NCBI GenBank assembly: GCA_002371315.1
Contig: DFHL01000013.1
Location: 5,742 to 69,741, forward strand
Direction: 5' to 3'
DNA: 64,000 bases
Origin: Bacteroidales bacterium UBA3724
Lineage (GTDB): Bacteria > Bacteroidota > Bacteroidia > Bacteroidales > P3
The translations under genes and the position numbers were made by a program. Shown piece after piece: positions 1-9,856 of the stretch. The notes under the pieces are model-generated. The model was not told where the DNA came from. It made no database searches and saw only the letters and a list, made by a program, of their open reading frames with translations. Position 1 is the first letter of the stretch. The number at the start of each line of letters is the position of its first letter.

Positions 1-126
1 CGCCTGTTTGTCAACCAGCACTCATATTTCACCATAGGCCTCAGTGTCAACCTGATTGCGCTGACTGGTATAATCCTTATCCCATAAACAGACCGGAGCC
101 TACGGTCAACAAAACCCGACAACTTT

Positions 127-2394
127 ATGGAAGAAGTATCAGAAGATGTACTTGTCCAACAAACGTATGAAAAACTGATAGCTGCCTGCCGTGCAAACCA
201 GACGCTGACAGCTGCCGACGAAAGCAATATTTTCCGAGCATTCAACATTGCCCGCAATGCACACAGCGACACGCGCCGCAAAAGTGGCGAGCTGTACATA
301 TTCCACCCCCTGGCGGTGGCGATGATAGCCGTCCAGGAGGTGGGCCTCGGCCCCATAGCGGTGGTCTGCGCCCTGCTTCACGATGTGGTGGAGGACACCG
401 ACATAACACTGGACACCTTGCGTGCCATCTTTGGCGACCGCGTGGCAAGAATAGTGGACGGCGTGACCAAAATCGACAAGGCATCGATGATTGCCGAGCA
501 GAACGACGACTTCTCGTCGCAGGCTGAAAACTACCGCAAGATACTGCTGGCAATGTGCGACGACGCATACGTCATCTTCCTCAAGCTGTGCGACAGACTG
601 CACAATATGCGCACGCTGGGATCGATGAAAGACACCAAGAAGCTGGCCATATCGTCCGAGACGCAGTATCTATACATACCTTTAGCCCACCGTCTGGGTC
701 TGTACAACATCAAGACTGAGCTTGACGACCTGGTGATGCAGTACACCAACCCTGACAAATATGCCGAAATAGCAGACAAAATAAGCCAGACCGTGGGCAC
801 GGAGAAGAAACTGAAGAAATGCTTCACCGCACCCATCCGCGAACTGCTTGACCAGAATGGATTCCAATACAAAATAAAGACACGCGTAAAATCGGTCTAC
901 TCCTGCTGGAAAAAGATGCAGAACAAGGGCGTTCAGTTCGACGAAATCTTCGACCTCTACGCTATGCGCATCATCCTTGACATACCAGGGGGCGACAGTA
1001 TGCCGGAAGAAGAGCTGCGCAAAATTGAAAAAGAAGAGTGCTTCAAGGTCTACGCCCTGATTACAGGCCTCTTCCGGCCGCAGCCCACACGTTTCCGCGA
1101 CTGGATTACCACACCCAAGAACAACGGCTACGAGTCGCTGCACACCACCGTGATGAGCCCCATAGGCCGATGGGTTGAAGTGCAGATTCGCACCACGCGT
1201 ATGGACCAAATAGCCGAGAAGGGTATGGCAGCACACTTCCTCTACAAGGAAGCCCATCCCGACGAGCCCGTGCAGCAGTCGCCCGTCGAGCAATGGCTTG
1301 GACAAATACGCACCTCGCTCGAAGACCCCAACCGCAACGCTTTGGACCTTGTCGAGGAATTCAAGGAAACCCTGTATACCAAAGAAATATACATCTTCAC
1401 CCCCAAGGGAGAGACCATCAAAATGCCATCGCGCAGCACCGTGCTAGACTTTGCTTACGCCATCCACTCCGAGCTTGGCGACCATTGCATCGGTGCCAAG
1501 GTCAATGCCCGCGTGGTGCCCATAGGCTACCGCCTGCACAGCGGCGAGCAGGTGCAGGTGCTGACGTCGAAAAAGACCTTCCCCGCCGAGGAATGGCTCA
1601 AAGATGTCCAAACACAACGTGCCAAAGACCACATCAAAGACTATCTGCGCAACGAGAAGAAGCAATACTTTGACGACGGCGAGCAAAAGCTGCGTGCCTT
1701 CCTCGAAAAGTCAAAACTCACCCTCACGCCCGAAAGAACGGCCCGATTGAAACTCTTCTTCAACTCGGACAGCGACATAGACCTCTACTACCGCATAGCC
1801 ACAGGCGACATCACCGAAGAGGGTATGAGGCAATGCTTCCACCTGTCGCGCTCAAAGCCGCAGCTGCTTTTCCTGCAGCCCTATGAGCAACTGTTCGACG
1901 ACAAGGAGAACCGGAAAGACTTGCAAAAAGGCCAGAGGAAATCCATAACCACATCGCCTTTCCTTGCCGACTCGCAATACGACAACCTCGAAACCCAACC
2001 CGCCACCTGTTGCAAACCCGTTCAGGGCGACCGCGTAATAGGCATCGTCACCGAAAACCGCATAATGGTGCACCGCACCAACTGCCCCAACGCCATCCAC
2101 GAAATGTCGACCCACGAAGACCGCATCGTGCGTGTGCGCTGGCGCCCCGGCGAAAAGATTGCCTTCCTTACCGGCATCACCATCACCGCCATCGACCGCA
2201 AAGGCCTTTTGCAGCAGCTCACACGTATCATCAGCGAGGATATGGACCTGAATATGCGTGCCATAACACTCGAAACGTCCGAGGGTGTAGTGCACGGCCT
2301 GATAATGCTCTACGTCCACAACCTGGGCGGCCTCGACCAGCTGATAGAGAGCATCCGCGCCATCGACGGTGTAGAGCAGGTGCAGCGCGTCTGA
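127..2394 (+). CDS. RelA/SpoT-family bifunctional (p)ppGpp synthetase/hydrolase
   Basis: 755-aa ORF. HD hydrolase motif (HPLAVA...LLHDVVEDT), synthetase core (YESLHTTV...VEVQIRT), TGS-like and C-terminal ACT-like regions. Confidence 0.93.
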   Translation: MEEVSEDVLVQQTYEKLIAACRANQTLTAADESNIFRAFNIARNAHSDTRRKSGELYIFHPLAVAMIAVQEVGLGPIAVVCALLHDVVEDTDITLDTLRAIFGDRVARIVDGVTKIDKASMIAEQNDDFSSQAENYRKILLAMCDDAYVIFLKLCDRLHNMRTLGSMKDTKKLAISSETQYLYIPLAHRLGLYNIKTELDDLVMQYTNPDKYAEIADKISQTVGTEKKLKKCFTAPIRELLDQNGFQYKIKTRVKSVYSCWKKMQNKGVQFDEIFDLYAMRIILDIPGGDSMPEEELRKIEKEECFKVYALITGLFRPQPTRFRDWITTPKNNGYESLHTTVMSPIGRWVEVQIRTTRMDQIAEKGMAAHFLYKEAHPDEPVQQSPVEQWLGQIRTSLEDPNRNALDLVEEFKETLYTKEIYIFTPKGETIKMPSRSTVLDFAYAIHSELGDHCIGAKVNARVVPIGYRLHSGEQVQVLTSKKTFPAEEWLKDVQTQRAKDHIKDYLRNEKKQYFDDGEQKLRAFLEKSKLTLTPERTARLKLFFNSDSDIDLYYRIATGDITEEGMRQCFHLSRSKPQLLFLQPYEQLFDDKENRKDLQKGQRKSITTSPFLADSQYDNLETQPATCCKPVQGDRVIGIVTENRIMVHRTNCPNAIHEMSTHEDRIVRVRWRPGEKIAFLTGITITAIDRKGLLQQLTRIISEDMDLNMRAITLETSEGVVHGLIMLYVHNLGGLDQLIESIRAIDGVEQVQRV

Positions 2395-2498
2395 CAATAC
2401 TCATCATAAACCAATCAAAAAAAGGAAAGTCACACTTGCAATAAACTCAGCCATTTGTCGTTAGACTGTGGCAACCAGAGGAAAACAACCATATCGGA

Positions 2499-3311
2499 AT
2501 GACGGAAGAACAGAAATCCCTGCAATGGCTCAGCAACATCCTGGACACACTGAGAAAAGAGTGTCCGTGGGACAGCGTCCAGACCATCAAGAGTTTGCGT
2601 TACCTTACAATAGAGGAGGTCTACGAGCTGTCGGAAGCCATCACTGCAGGCAACTACGACGAGATGCGCAAGGAACTGGGCGACCTGTTTATGCACCTTG
2701 TCTTCTATGCAAAGATAGCCGACGACGAGGGACGCTTTGGCCTCAGCGACGTTCTGGACGGCATCTGCCAAAAACTCACAGCACGCCATCCGCACATCGC
2801 CCTGCCTGACCGTGAAGGCAATATCCAGGCCGCCACACAGAGCTCCACACCAAAATGGGAACAGGTGAAGATGAAAGAAGGCCGCCGCTCGGCACTGGAA
2901 GGCGTGCCGGAGTCTTTGCCCTCACTTATCAAGGCCATCCGCATACAGGAAAAAGCCGCAGGACTGGGCTTTGAATTCCCGAACAGAGAGATGGCAAAAG
3001 CCAAAGTGGACGAAGAATACAGCGAATTCATCGAGGCTCTCGACAAATACCACGCCAACGGCAAGACAGCACAAAAAGATGCAGAGGAAGAACTTGGCGA
3101 CCTGATATTCGCAATCATCAAATGGGCCCGATTCGAGAATCTCAACGCCGACGATGCCCTTGCCCGCACCAACCTGAAATTCACTCAACGCTTCAAATAT
3201 GTAGAGTCGAAAGCTCACGCCAGCGGACGCAATATGCAGGACCTCAATCTTGACGAGATGGAGACCTACTGGAACGAAGCCAAAACAGTTTTACGCAAAC
3301 AACAAGAATAA
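2499..3311 (+). CDS. mazG: nucleoside triphosphate pyrophosphohydrolase MazG
   Basis: 270 aa with two MazG repeats (EEVYELSEAI...ELGDLFMHL and EEYSEFIEAL...ELGDLIFAI). Confidence 0.9.
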   Translation: MTEEQKSLQWLSNILDTLRKECPWDSVQTIKSLRYLTIEEVYELSEAITAGNYDEMRKELGDLFMHLVFYAKIADDEGRFGLSDVLDGICQKLTARHPHIALPDREGNIQAATQSSTPKWEQVKMKEGRRSALEGVPESLPSLIKAIRIQEKAAGLGFEFPNREMAKAKVDEEYSEFIEALDKYHANGKTAQKDAEEELGDLIFAIIKWARFENLNADDALARTNLKFTQRFKYVESKAHASGRNMQDLNLDEMETYWNEAKTVLRKQQE

Positions 3312-3508
3312 TCTACAATAATATGAAACGCAACTACATAGCCCCAAGTCTAACCGTCGTAACCTTTAAGGTGGAAAAAGGTTTTGAGAATAGCAGCACG
3401 GTCAGTTCGCCCCTCGAGTTCGATTTCTTCACTTTCGACCCCAACGAGGAGCAGAACCAAGCTGCCAGCTATAACGAAAGCCACTGGAACTGGTAGGGAA
3501 TCCCGTTC

Positions 3509-4549
3509 CTACTGCGCACCAAGAATCGTCACCGCAGCGGCACGACCGTCGTTGACGGCATCGTTTATCGACATTGGCCGCTTGCAGGAGCCACACACAA
3601 ACAAGCCCTCCTGCCCTGTCAGGCAGTCGCCCAAATGCGGGTCGGCCGACTGCGCGAAACCATATTCGCCACAGATATTGCAGGCCTTGGCAAGACAGCG
3701 CGTACCCTCCGAGGCTTCCATTCCAACCATCAGCACCAACAAATCGGCAGTCATCTTGAGCGGCAGACCCATCAGGGTGTCTTCGGCCTTGATTTGCACA
3801 CGGCCGTCGAAAGTGCCCGAAGCCTCTGAAATGCGGCCACGCACATAGCGCACACCATACTCCTGTTGCGACTGACGGTAAAGCTCCTCGAAATGCTGAC
3901 CCCACATACGCAAATCCATATAGAATATATAAGCCTCCGTATCAGGCATCATCCGCTTTAGTTCTATAGCCTGCTTGACGGCGGTCACGCAGCATACCTT
4001 TGAGCAATAATGGTTGCCCGACTTTTCGTCGCGCGAGCCCACACACTGCAAAAACACGACGCGCTTCGGCTTCTCGCCCAGCGAGTTGACAACCTGATTG
4101 TAGCGTATCATCTTCTCCATCTCCAACGACGTCACCACACCGCCATATATGCCATAGCCAAGCTCCTCCTTGCGGCGGGCATCGAACGGAGTGTAGCCTG
4201 TGGCCAGCAGGACACCGTCGCTATAGTAGGTTGAACCCTTGCCGTCCACGACCTTCCAGCCCTGACCCTCGCGTCGCAAATCTACAATCTCGGTGTCGGA
4301 ATGGAGAGTAATATTGTTGTTCAGAAGCTTCTTGTTCATCTGTTCCACGATGTCGCTCGCAGCGGCAAAATTAGGGAAAAGGAACGCTTTGTCGGCCACG
4401 TTTTTCAGCGGAGAGGACGATTTTTCAAAAAGCAACACTTTCAGTCCCTGCTTGGCAAGCACCGAAGCAGCCTCGATGCCCGCCGGGCCTGCGCCTATGA
4501 TGGATATTGATTTCATTGCTGATATATTGGTTATACTATTAATACTCAT
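3509..4549 (-). CDS. HdrA-like FAD/Fe-S flavoprotein (short form)
   Basis: Dinucleotide fold IIGAGPAGIEAA and the HdrA signature CVGSRDEKSGNHYCSKVCC. I chose the start at 4549 because it forms an ATGA overlap with the upstream stop. The ORF track extends to 4567. Confidence 0.8.
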   Translation of the reverse strand: MSINSITNISAMKSISIIGAGPAGIEAASVLAKQGLKVLLFEKSSSPLKNVADKAFLFPNFAAASDIVEQMNKKLLNNNITLHSDTEIVDLRREGQGWKVVDGKGSTYYSDGVLLATGYTPFDARRKEELGYGIYGGVVTSLEMEKMIRYNQVVNSLGEKPKRVVFLQCVGSRDEKSGNHYCSKVCCVTAVKQAIELKRMMPDTEAYIFYMDLRMWGQHFEELYRQSQQEYGVRYVRGRISEASGTFDGRVQIKAEDTLMGLPLKMTADLLVLMVGMEASEGTRCLAKACNICGEYGFAQSADPHLGDCLTGQEGLFVCGSCKRPMSINDAVNDGRAAAVTILGAQ

Positions 4550-5613
4550 TGTTCTACCTTGAGGCATTCGGGCTGTGCCGGCCTGGGCAGCAGACGGCCG
4601 CTGACGCCTTTGTATTTCTCATCGGGATTAAAGGCTATGCCTATCTTGTTGAACAGCGGCTCGCTCTGCACCTGGTGCAGTTGGAATCCCAGCTTCCAGG
4701 GGTCGTAGCCCAACAGCAGGCCTGTCAGCTCCTCGTATGTCAACACCGGAATGCCATAACCCTGCCTGTCGTATGTCTTGTGCTCCATTTCGGCAATCGT
4801 GTATTGCCATTTGTCCAGGAACATATTGCATCCAGGGCAGTTGGTCAGTATAAAGTCCGGCTCATAAGGCTCCATCGACTGGAATTTTTTCTTTGTATTG
4901 GCAATCGAATAGCCACGATTTTCCTGCACAAGATACTGGCGGAATCCGAAACCGCAACAATGGCGGCGTTCGGGATAGTCGATTACCTCTCCGCCCCAGG
5001 CCTCGATCATTCCAGCCAGGACGTAAGGAAACTCCGCCTTGCCGATGCCGCGTTCGGGAAATATCTTGGCATAGTGGCATCCTATATGCTCCACCACGCG
5101 CAACGGTTTGCCCGTAAAGCGGTTCACGAGCTGATACTTCATCTTGGGTTTCAGGTCGAAACGGAACTTGTATATCACATCCGAAGGGTGGGCGATGTTT
5201 TTCGGGATCTTGAATTCACGTTTAGTCGCTTCCCAAAGGAACTGTCGTGCCTGGTCAAGCAGGGCAGGATCATTCTCCCATTTCTCAATCACTTCCGAGA
5301 AAACGCCAAACGAAGTGACGCACGACGGCACATAGTTCTCGTATCCGCACTCTGTCATCAGCGAGAACAGGCGTGCCACGACGGTCATCGTCGTCTCGAA
5401 CGGCACCACATCGCTGTGGTAGCCGATGCCCGTACAGGTATGCTGATGAGGATTGTCGCATATATCCTTGCCAAGCTCGTCGCGCAGAATGCGCAGGAAA
5501 GCCGCTTCCGAGCCAGGGAAAAAAGTCTGGCGGATGCAGCTGCGCTCATAGAAGAAATGGTCGTCGGCAATCTCCTTCTGGTATTCGTTCCAAAAACGTT
5601 TTTCCATATTCAC
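4546..5613 (-). CDS. HdrB-like CCG-domain subunit
   Basis: 355 aa. C-terminal CCG motif (RRHCCGFG ... NCPGCNMF) as in heterodisulfide reductase subunit B / GlpC-type proteins. Confidence 0.78.
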   Translation of the reverse strand: MNMEKRFWNEYQKEIADDHFFYERSCIRQTFFPGSEAAFLRILRDELGKDICDNPHQHTCTGIGYHSDVVPFETTMTVVARLFSLMTECGYENYVPSCVTSFGVFSEVIEKWENDPALLDQARQFLWEATKREFKIPKNIAHPSDVIYKFRFDLKPKMKYQLVNRFTGKPLRVVEHIGCHYAKIFPERGIGKAEFPYVLAGMIEAWGGEVIDYPERRHCCGFGFRQYLVQENRGYSIANTKKKFQSMEPYEPDFILTNCPGCNMFLDKWQYTIAEMEHKTYDRQGYGIPVLTYEELTGLLLGYDPWKLGFQLHQVQSEPLFNKIGIAFNPDEKYKGVSGRLLPRPAQPECLKVEQ

Positions 5614-5637
5614 AGATTTCTTATGAATTCAAACAAA

Positions 5638-7515
5638 TCATTTTTTTATTATATTTTCCGCCACAATCTCGGCAATATCCTTGACCGGCACATTGTCGGC
5701 TCGCGTGAAGGCCTTCTTGCACATCGGGCAGGCAGTGGCAATGACGTCGGGATCCGGGGCAAGCAGATTGTCGCGCGAGGCGTTGCGGATTTTGGTCTGC
5801 TGCTCGATGTCCAGCAGCGGATTGCCCAAGTTGAAGCCACAGCATAGGCTATGCTCGCGTTCTTCCTTGGTTTTGAGCAGCGTGGTGGCAGCCTTGAGCA
5901 CATTGCGCGGCTCGTCATAGATGCCACATCCGCGGCCCAGTTCGCAGGGATCGTGATAGGTCACCTTCCTGTCGTCCTTGCGCAGGTTCAGGCGGCCACT
6001 CTCAATCAGCATATTTATATACTCCGAGTGGTGCAGAACGGGTATCGAAAGCTTATACTCCTTCTTGAACGACTGATAGCAAATCGGGCACGAGGTGATA
6101 AGCATCGTCGCCTTGCTGTTGACGATAAGCTCCGTGTTCTTACGGCGCAGCTCGAAAGCCTGGTTCTCAAAGCCCTGCTGCAGCAGCGGGCGTCCACAGC
6201 AGATCGTTTCGTCGCGGTCCATATACCAATACTTCTGACCGGCGGCATTGAAAATCGTCTCCATCGCCTTCCCGATGCCCGGCGTGAGGTGCGACATACA
6301 GCCGCCGAAATACACCACGCGGCCTATCGAATTGAACGGCTGGACATCGCGCAGATAGGTGTACCCACCCTTGCTGTCGATATCCTTCTTGTTCTTTATT
6401 CGCACCTGACGGCGTATGACCGAAAGGTCGAGGTTCACCGGACAGTCGGCCACGCAGCGGTCGCACATTAGGCAGTTCTCGGCAATCGGCTCGGCATTCC
6501 TCTGCAGCTCCAGATTGCGGATCGACTGCAGCATATACACGCCCTGCATATTGACAATGCCGAGCTCCTTGTTCATCGGGCACCCGTCGATGCAGATGCC
6601 GCAACGCGAGCAGGCACTGAGTTCGAACATCGTATAGCCCGTCTTCTTGTCGCTGTCGTACACACCCAAGTTGCGGAAATAGATGAGGAACACCTCCGTA
6701 AAGATGTGCATATAGCGCGAGAACGGCATCAGGCAGAAGAATGCGCCCAAGGCAATGCTGTAGAGCGTCCAGCAGGTATACTCGAACGCCTCGTTGGACA
6801 GGCCCAGGGCATAAATCATATCGCCCAACGGCCCTATCATAAAACCGCCGTTGCCGTAGAGCGAAGAGGTGACCCCCTCCGACAGAAGCCTCAACGGGAA
6901 GATGCACCACAAGGCCAGCTTGGCCACGCGGTCCATAAGCGTGTGGCGCGTTGTGCGTTTCATACCCATCGGGCGCGACCACACCTTTTTGAACATTGCA
7001 AGGAAAAGTCCGCTGAGGACATAGATCAGCAATGCATCCATCAGATTGGCAAACAGTTCGGCGTGCCTGAAGGCCGAAAGGTCCACATCGTTCTCAAAGA
7101 AATTGAAGAAAATGGCCACCCAGAAAGGATGCCCGTCAGGAAACGCCAGACGCGCCTGAACCGCACCCACAACAATGAGCAGAAACCATCCGAAAGCCAG
7201 ACTGCGGTGCATATAGCCCAACAGGACATTCTTCTTCGTTATGCGCCAATGCAGCAAGCCCTCGCGGAAAGCCTCCCAAATGGCAGGCAGAAAACGCCAC
7301 GACCAGATATTCTTGCGTATAATGGCACGCTGAAGCTTGTCGAAACCGTTAATCCAGCGCCAGTACTTGACGATGGAGAAAAACAGCAGCAGAATGACAC
7401 CCAGCACAAACGGCAGCACAAAGACCGAAAACAGCGGCTCGAAGAACGACCACACTATCAGCCCCACCGCGGCCAGCCAATAGACAACCATAAAAACCAC
7501 AAACGGCCATTTCAT
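5638..7515 (-). CDS. membrane-anchored Fe-S/CCG protein (NarI/DsrM-like domain fused to HdrD/DsrK-like domain)
   Basis: 625 aa. About 270-aa N-terminal polytopic domain with conserved His (GYMHRS, SRYMHIF). This is followed by CSRCGICIDGCP and CLMCDRCVADCP ferredoxin motifs and two CCG motifs (ICCGRP...CPICY, LCCGFN...CPMCK). ATGA overlap with the upstream gene. Confidence 0.8.
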   Translation of the reverse strand: MKWPFVVFMVVYWLAAVGLIVWSFFEPLFSVFVLPFVLGVILLLFFSIVKYWRWINGFDKLQRAIIRKNIWSWRFLPAIWEAFREGLLHWRITKKNVLLGYMHRSLAFGWFLLIVVGAVQARLAFPDGHPFWVAIFFNFFENDVDLSAFRHAELFANLMDALLIYVLSGLFLAMFKKVWSRPMGMKRTTRHTLMDRVAKLALWCIFPLRLLSEGVTSSLYGNGGFMIGPLGDMIYALGLSNEAFEYTCWTLYSIALGAFFCLMPFSRYMHIFTEVFLIYFRNLGVYDSDKKTGYTMFELSACSRCGICIDGCPMNKELGIVNMQGVYMLQSIRNLELQRNAEPIAENCLMCDRCVADCPVNLDLSVIRRQVRIKNKKDIDSKGGYTYLRDVQPFNSIGRVVYFGGCMSHLTPGIGKAMETIFNAAGQKYWYMDRDETICCGRPLLQQGFENQAFELRRKNTELIVNSKATMLITSCPICYQSFKKEYKLSIPVLHHSEYINMLIESGRLNLRKDDRKVTYHDPCELGRGCGIYDEPRNVLKAATTLLKTKEEREHSLCCGFNLGNPLLDIEQQTKIRNASRDNLLAPDPDVIATACPMCKKAFTRADNVPVKDIAEIVAENIIKK

Positions 7516-7901
7516 TGTTCAGCCCCCTTTCTCACAAACGTGTTGGGCTGCACGTTGGCAAGCAGCCTCCTCATATTGATTATAAGCGAACGGGTATTGA
7601 CGCCGCGCGGGCACACCAGCAGGCATTTGCCACACAGCATACAGCGCTTCAGCTGCTCGTCCAGGCCGTCATACTGGGCCCGAAGGAACGACGTGTGGAT
7701 CTTGCGGATATTATAGTCCGTAAAGCCCGCTGCCGAGCAGGTCGCCGTGCAGCCTCCGCAGCCGATGCATAACTTGTACGAAGGCACCAGCTCGAGCAAC
7801 TTGTCGGCCTTCTCCGACCTCATCTCGTCGAAGTTGAGCTGCCTCCCTTTCGAAATCGTAAAACCAAAATTCTTCATAACTCTGTCATTCCTAATTGTCA
7901 A
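7512..7901 (-). CDS. HdrC-like 2x[4Fe-4S] ferredoxin subunit (small)
   Basis: 129 aa with CIGCGGCTATCS and CMLCGKCLLVCP motifs. Confidence 0.72.
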   Translation of the reverse strand: MTIRNDRVMKNFGFTISKGRQLNFDEMRSEKADKLLELVPSYKLCIGCGGCTATCSAAGFTDYNIRKIHTSFLRAQYDGLDEQLKRCMLCGKCLLVCPRGVNTRSLIINMRRLLANVQPNTFVRKGAEQ

Positions 7902-8502
7902 GAACCTTTTTCCTCAACTCCGTACCGCCGGTGACATCAAAGATGCGGCGCACCTCGTCAAGGTCCTCCTCGGGAATGGTGCGCAGCGCGCCGGCACCGT
8001 TGCCGTGATAGTTGGCACCAAGCTTGGGAGCAATCTCCTCTATGTTCTCGCGATACCATTCCCATATCGGGCCCTGCTCGGGATGATACTCAGGGTCCAC
8101 ACGGTCGGGATGCACACAGTAGCCAATCTCCAGAATGTTGGTCCCTATCGAGTTCATCAACTGTTTCTGCTGCAGGCCCTTCTCACTCTCGGAGTAGTAG
8201 CCCAGCTCCTGCGACGCGCGACGCAGCACACTAATAAGCTCGCCGGGCACATTGCCGCGCGGACAGCGGGTCTTGCACGACATACACTGGCCGCAATACC
8301 AAATCGTGTCGCCCTTCAGCAAAGCCTCTATCTCGTTCTCGTCGCCTCGCTGCACCGTGTCGCAGATGCGGCGGGGGTCATAGTCGTAAAACTCGGCCGC
8401 AGGGCACACCGCAGTGCACATACCGCAGTTCATACACGCCTTCAGAGCCTCGTCGGCCCTGACATCCTGTTTCAGATAATCTACCAGATTGCTCATAGCC
8501 AT
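7891..8502 (-). CDS. HdrC-like 2x[4Fe-4S] subunit
   Basis: 203 aa with CMNCGMCTAVCPAAEF and CGQCMSCKTRCPRG. TAATG junction with the upstream VOC gene. Confidence 0.75.
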   Translation of the reverse strand: MAMSNLVDYLKQDVRADEALKACMNCGMCTAVCPAAEFYDYDPRRICDTVQRGDENEIEALLKGDTIWYCGQCMSCKTRCPRGNVPGELISVLRRASQELGYYSESEKGLQQKQLMNSIGTNILEIGYCVHPDRVDPEYHPEQGPIWEWYRENIEEIAPKLGANYHGNGAGALRTIPEEDLDEVRRIFDVTGGTELRKKVLDN

Positions 8503-9572
8503 TAGTTGAATTTAACCTTGTTGAGGCCCATCAGGCGGAAAAACACCTTCGGGAATGCCTTCTCGCGGTCGCGTTTCAGCATATCGATATAGATGTGCGG
8601 ACGCTTCAGCACCGTCAGCTTGTGCGCCTCGACCAGCTCTATCAGCGTCCCGTCGGGGTCCTCGACGTATGTGAAATGGCCGCTGGCCTCACCCATATCG
8701 AAATGCTCATTGCCCTTGCAGCTGTCCACCGTGAAGGGGAAGCCCAAAGCGTTGCAATGCTTCTCCAGCGCACGCATATTCGTCACATCGAAGCAGATCT
8801 GGATAAAGCCCGGATCGCCCCACTGGCGACCCTCGTAAATCTTGCGGGGCTGGCGGTCGAGCGGCTGAACCAGCTCGATGGCGCTCTCGCCAAACAGGGG
8901 CACAAAAGCCCCCTTGCGCTTCTTGCTGCCAGCCAGCAGCACACGGCGGAAACGGCCGTTGCCGCCGCGCATAAAGGCCAGGTCGTCGAACGTGCCCGTC
9001 ACGTCGTAGACGATGCGGTCGTAGCCCAGCACGTCACGATACAGCGGAATCGTGCGCTCGATGTCGGTGCATCCAGTGGCCGCACCCACGATGCCGCCGC
9101 TCAGGCGTCCGCGGTCGATGAACACATAGCTGTCCTCGACCACCTGGAACCAGTTGCCCCACGGGTCCTCGACCACAAAGCAGCGGCGCCCGTCGGGAGC
9201 CGTGCACAGGGGCCCTATCTTGTCGTACTTCAGCAGCAGCTCCTTGCGGAAAGCCTCGACGTTGCGGCTCTTGATTCTTGCCGCAAAGATGCCCAAATCG
9301 CCCACCTGGATGTCGAAATCCACCGGCTGGGGCTTGCGCTCGCTGTACTGCCATATCTCGAATCCGCCGCCACCCTGCAGGTTGACAGCGATACAGGCGT
9401 GGCGCTTCTGCGCCTTGCCGCCGGTGTAGGGCAGCATACGCTCGGCCACCGTGTCGTCCTCAAGGATGCGCACATCCATCTGGAACATATCTATATACCA
9501 ACGCCAGGATGCCTGAAAATCAACACATCCCACGCCGACTTGCTGTATTCCTGAAACAAAGAAATCTTCCAT
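8502..9572 (-). CDS. VOC (glyoxalase/bleomycin-resistance/dioxygenase fold) family protein, multi-module
   Basis: 356 aa. Repeated beta-alpha-beta-beta-beta style modules (GIQQVGVGCVD..., FEIWQY, DPWGNWFQV, DPDGTLIELVE) typical of VOC proteins. Confidence 0.7.
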   Translation of the reverse strand: MEDFFVSGIQQVGVGCVDFQASWRWYIDMFQMDVRILEDDTVAERMLPYTGGKAQKRHACIAVNLQGGGGFEIWQYSERKPQPVDFDIQVGDLGIFAARIKSRNVEAFRKELLLKYDKIGPLCTAPDGRRCFVVEDPWGNWFQVVEDSYVFIDRGRLSGGIVGAATGCTDIERTIPLYRDVLGYDRIVYDVTGTFDDLAFMRGGNGRFRRVLLAGSKKRKGAFVPLFGESAIELVQPLDRQPRKIYEGRQWGDPGFIQICFDVTNMRALEKHCNALGFPFTVDSCKGNEHFDMGEASGHFTYVEDPDGTLIELVEAHKLTVLKRPHIYIDMLKRDREKAFPKVFFRLMGLNKVKFN

Positions 9573-9741
9573 ATCGGTTCCAAAAAATTTATTTCATTTG
9601 CCCACAAAACGACAAATGTTGCAAAAAATTATTTTTCAACGTGTTAAAAGTGCAGAAAAACTTCGCTCGTCCGTAACGTTTTCCCGCCCCGGGCCTCTGC
9701 CGACACCCGTTCCGAGCCCCTTTCACGCTCTACATCAACGC

Positions 9742-9770
9742 AAAAAAGAGGGGACCCTTCCGGATCCCCC
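9742..9770 (-). terminator. rho-independent terminator after the lipoprotein gene
   Basis: On the minus strand: GGGGATCCGGAAGGGTCCCC hairpin followed by TCTTTTTT. Confidence 0.55.
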
Positions 9771-9856
9771 GCTTTTCTACAGATTATTTATTTACAAAAT
9801 ACTCACAAACAATTTGTGCCTATTTCAGCTGGATTTACAAACCAATCGCTATCGGC

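Noticed and set aside
3322-3496. An apparent ~57-codon small ORF between mazG and the Hdr operon (MKRNYIAPSLTVV...FDPNEEQNQAASYNESHWNW).
   Set aside because: On recounting, the ATG frame hits TAA at 3367-3369 after 15 codons. The remainder is in the +1 frame and has only a GTG start (41 codons). It could be a frameshifted relic, but I cannot support a gene.
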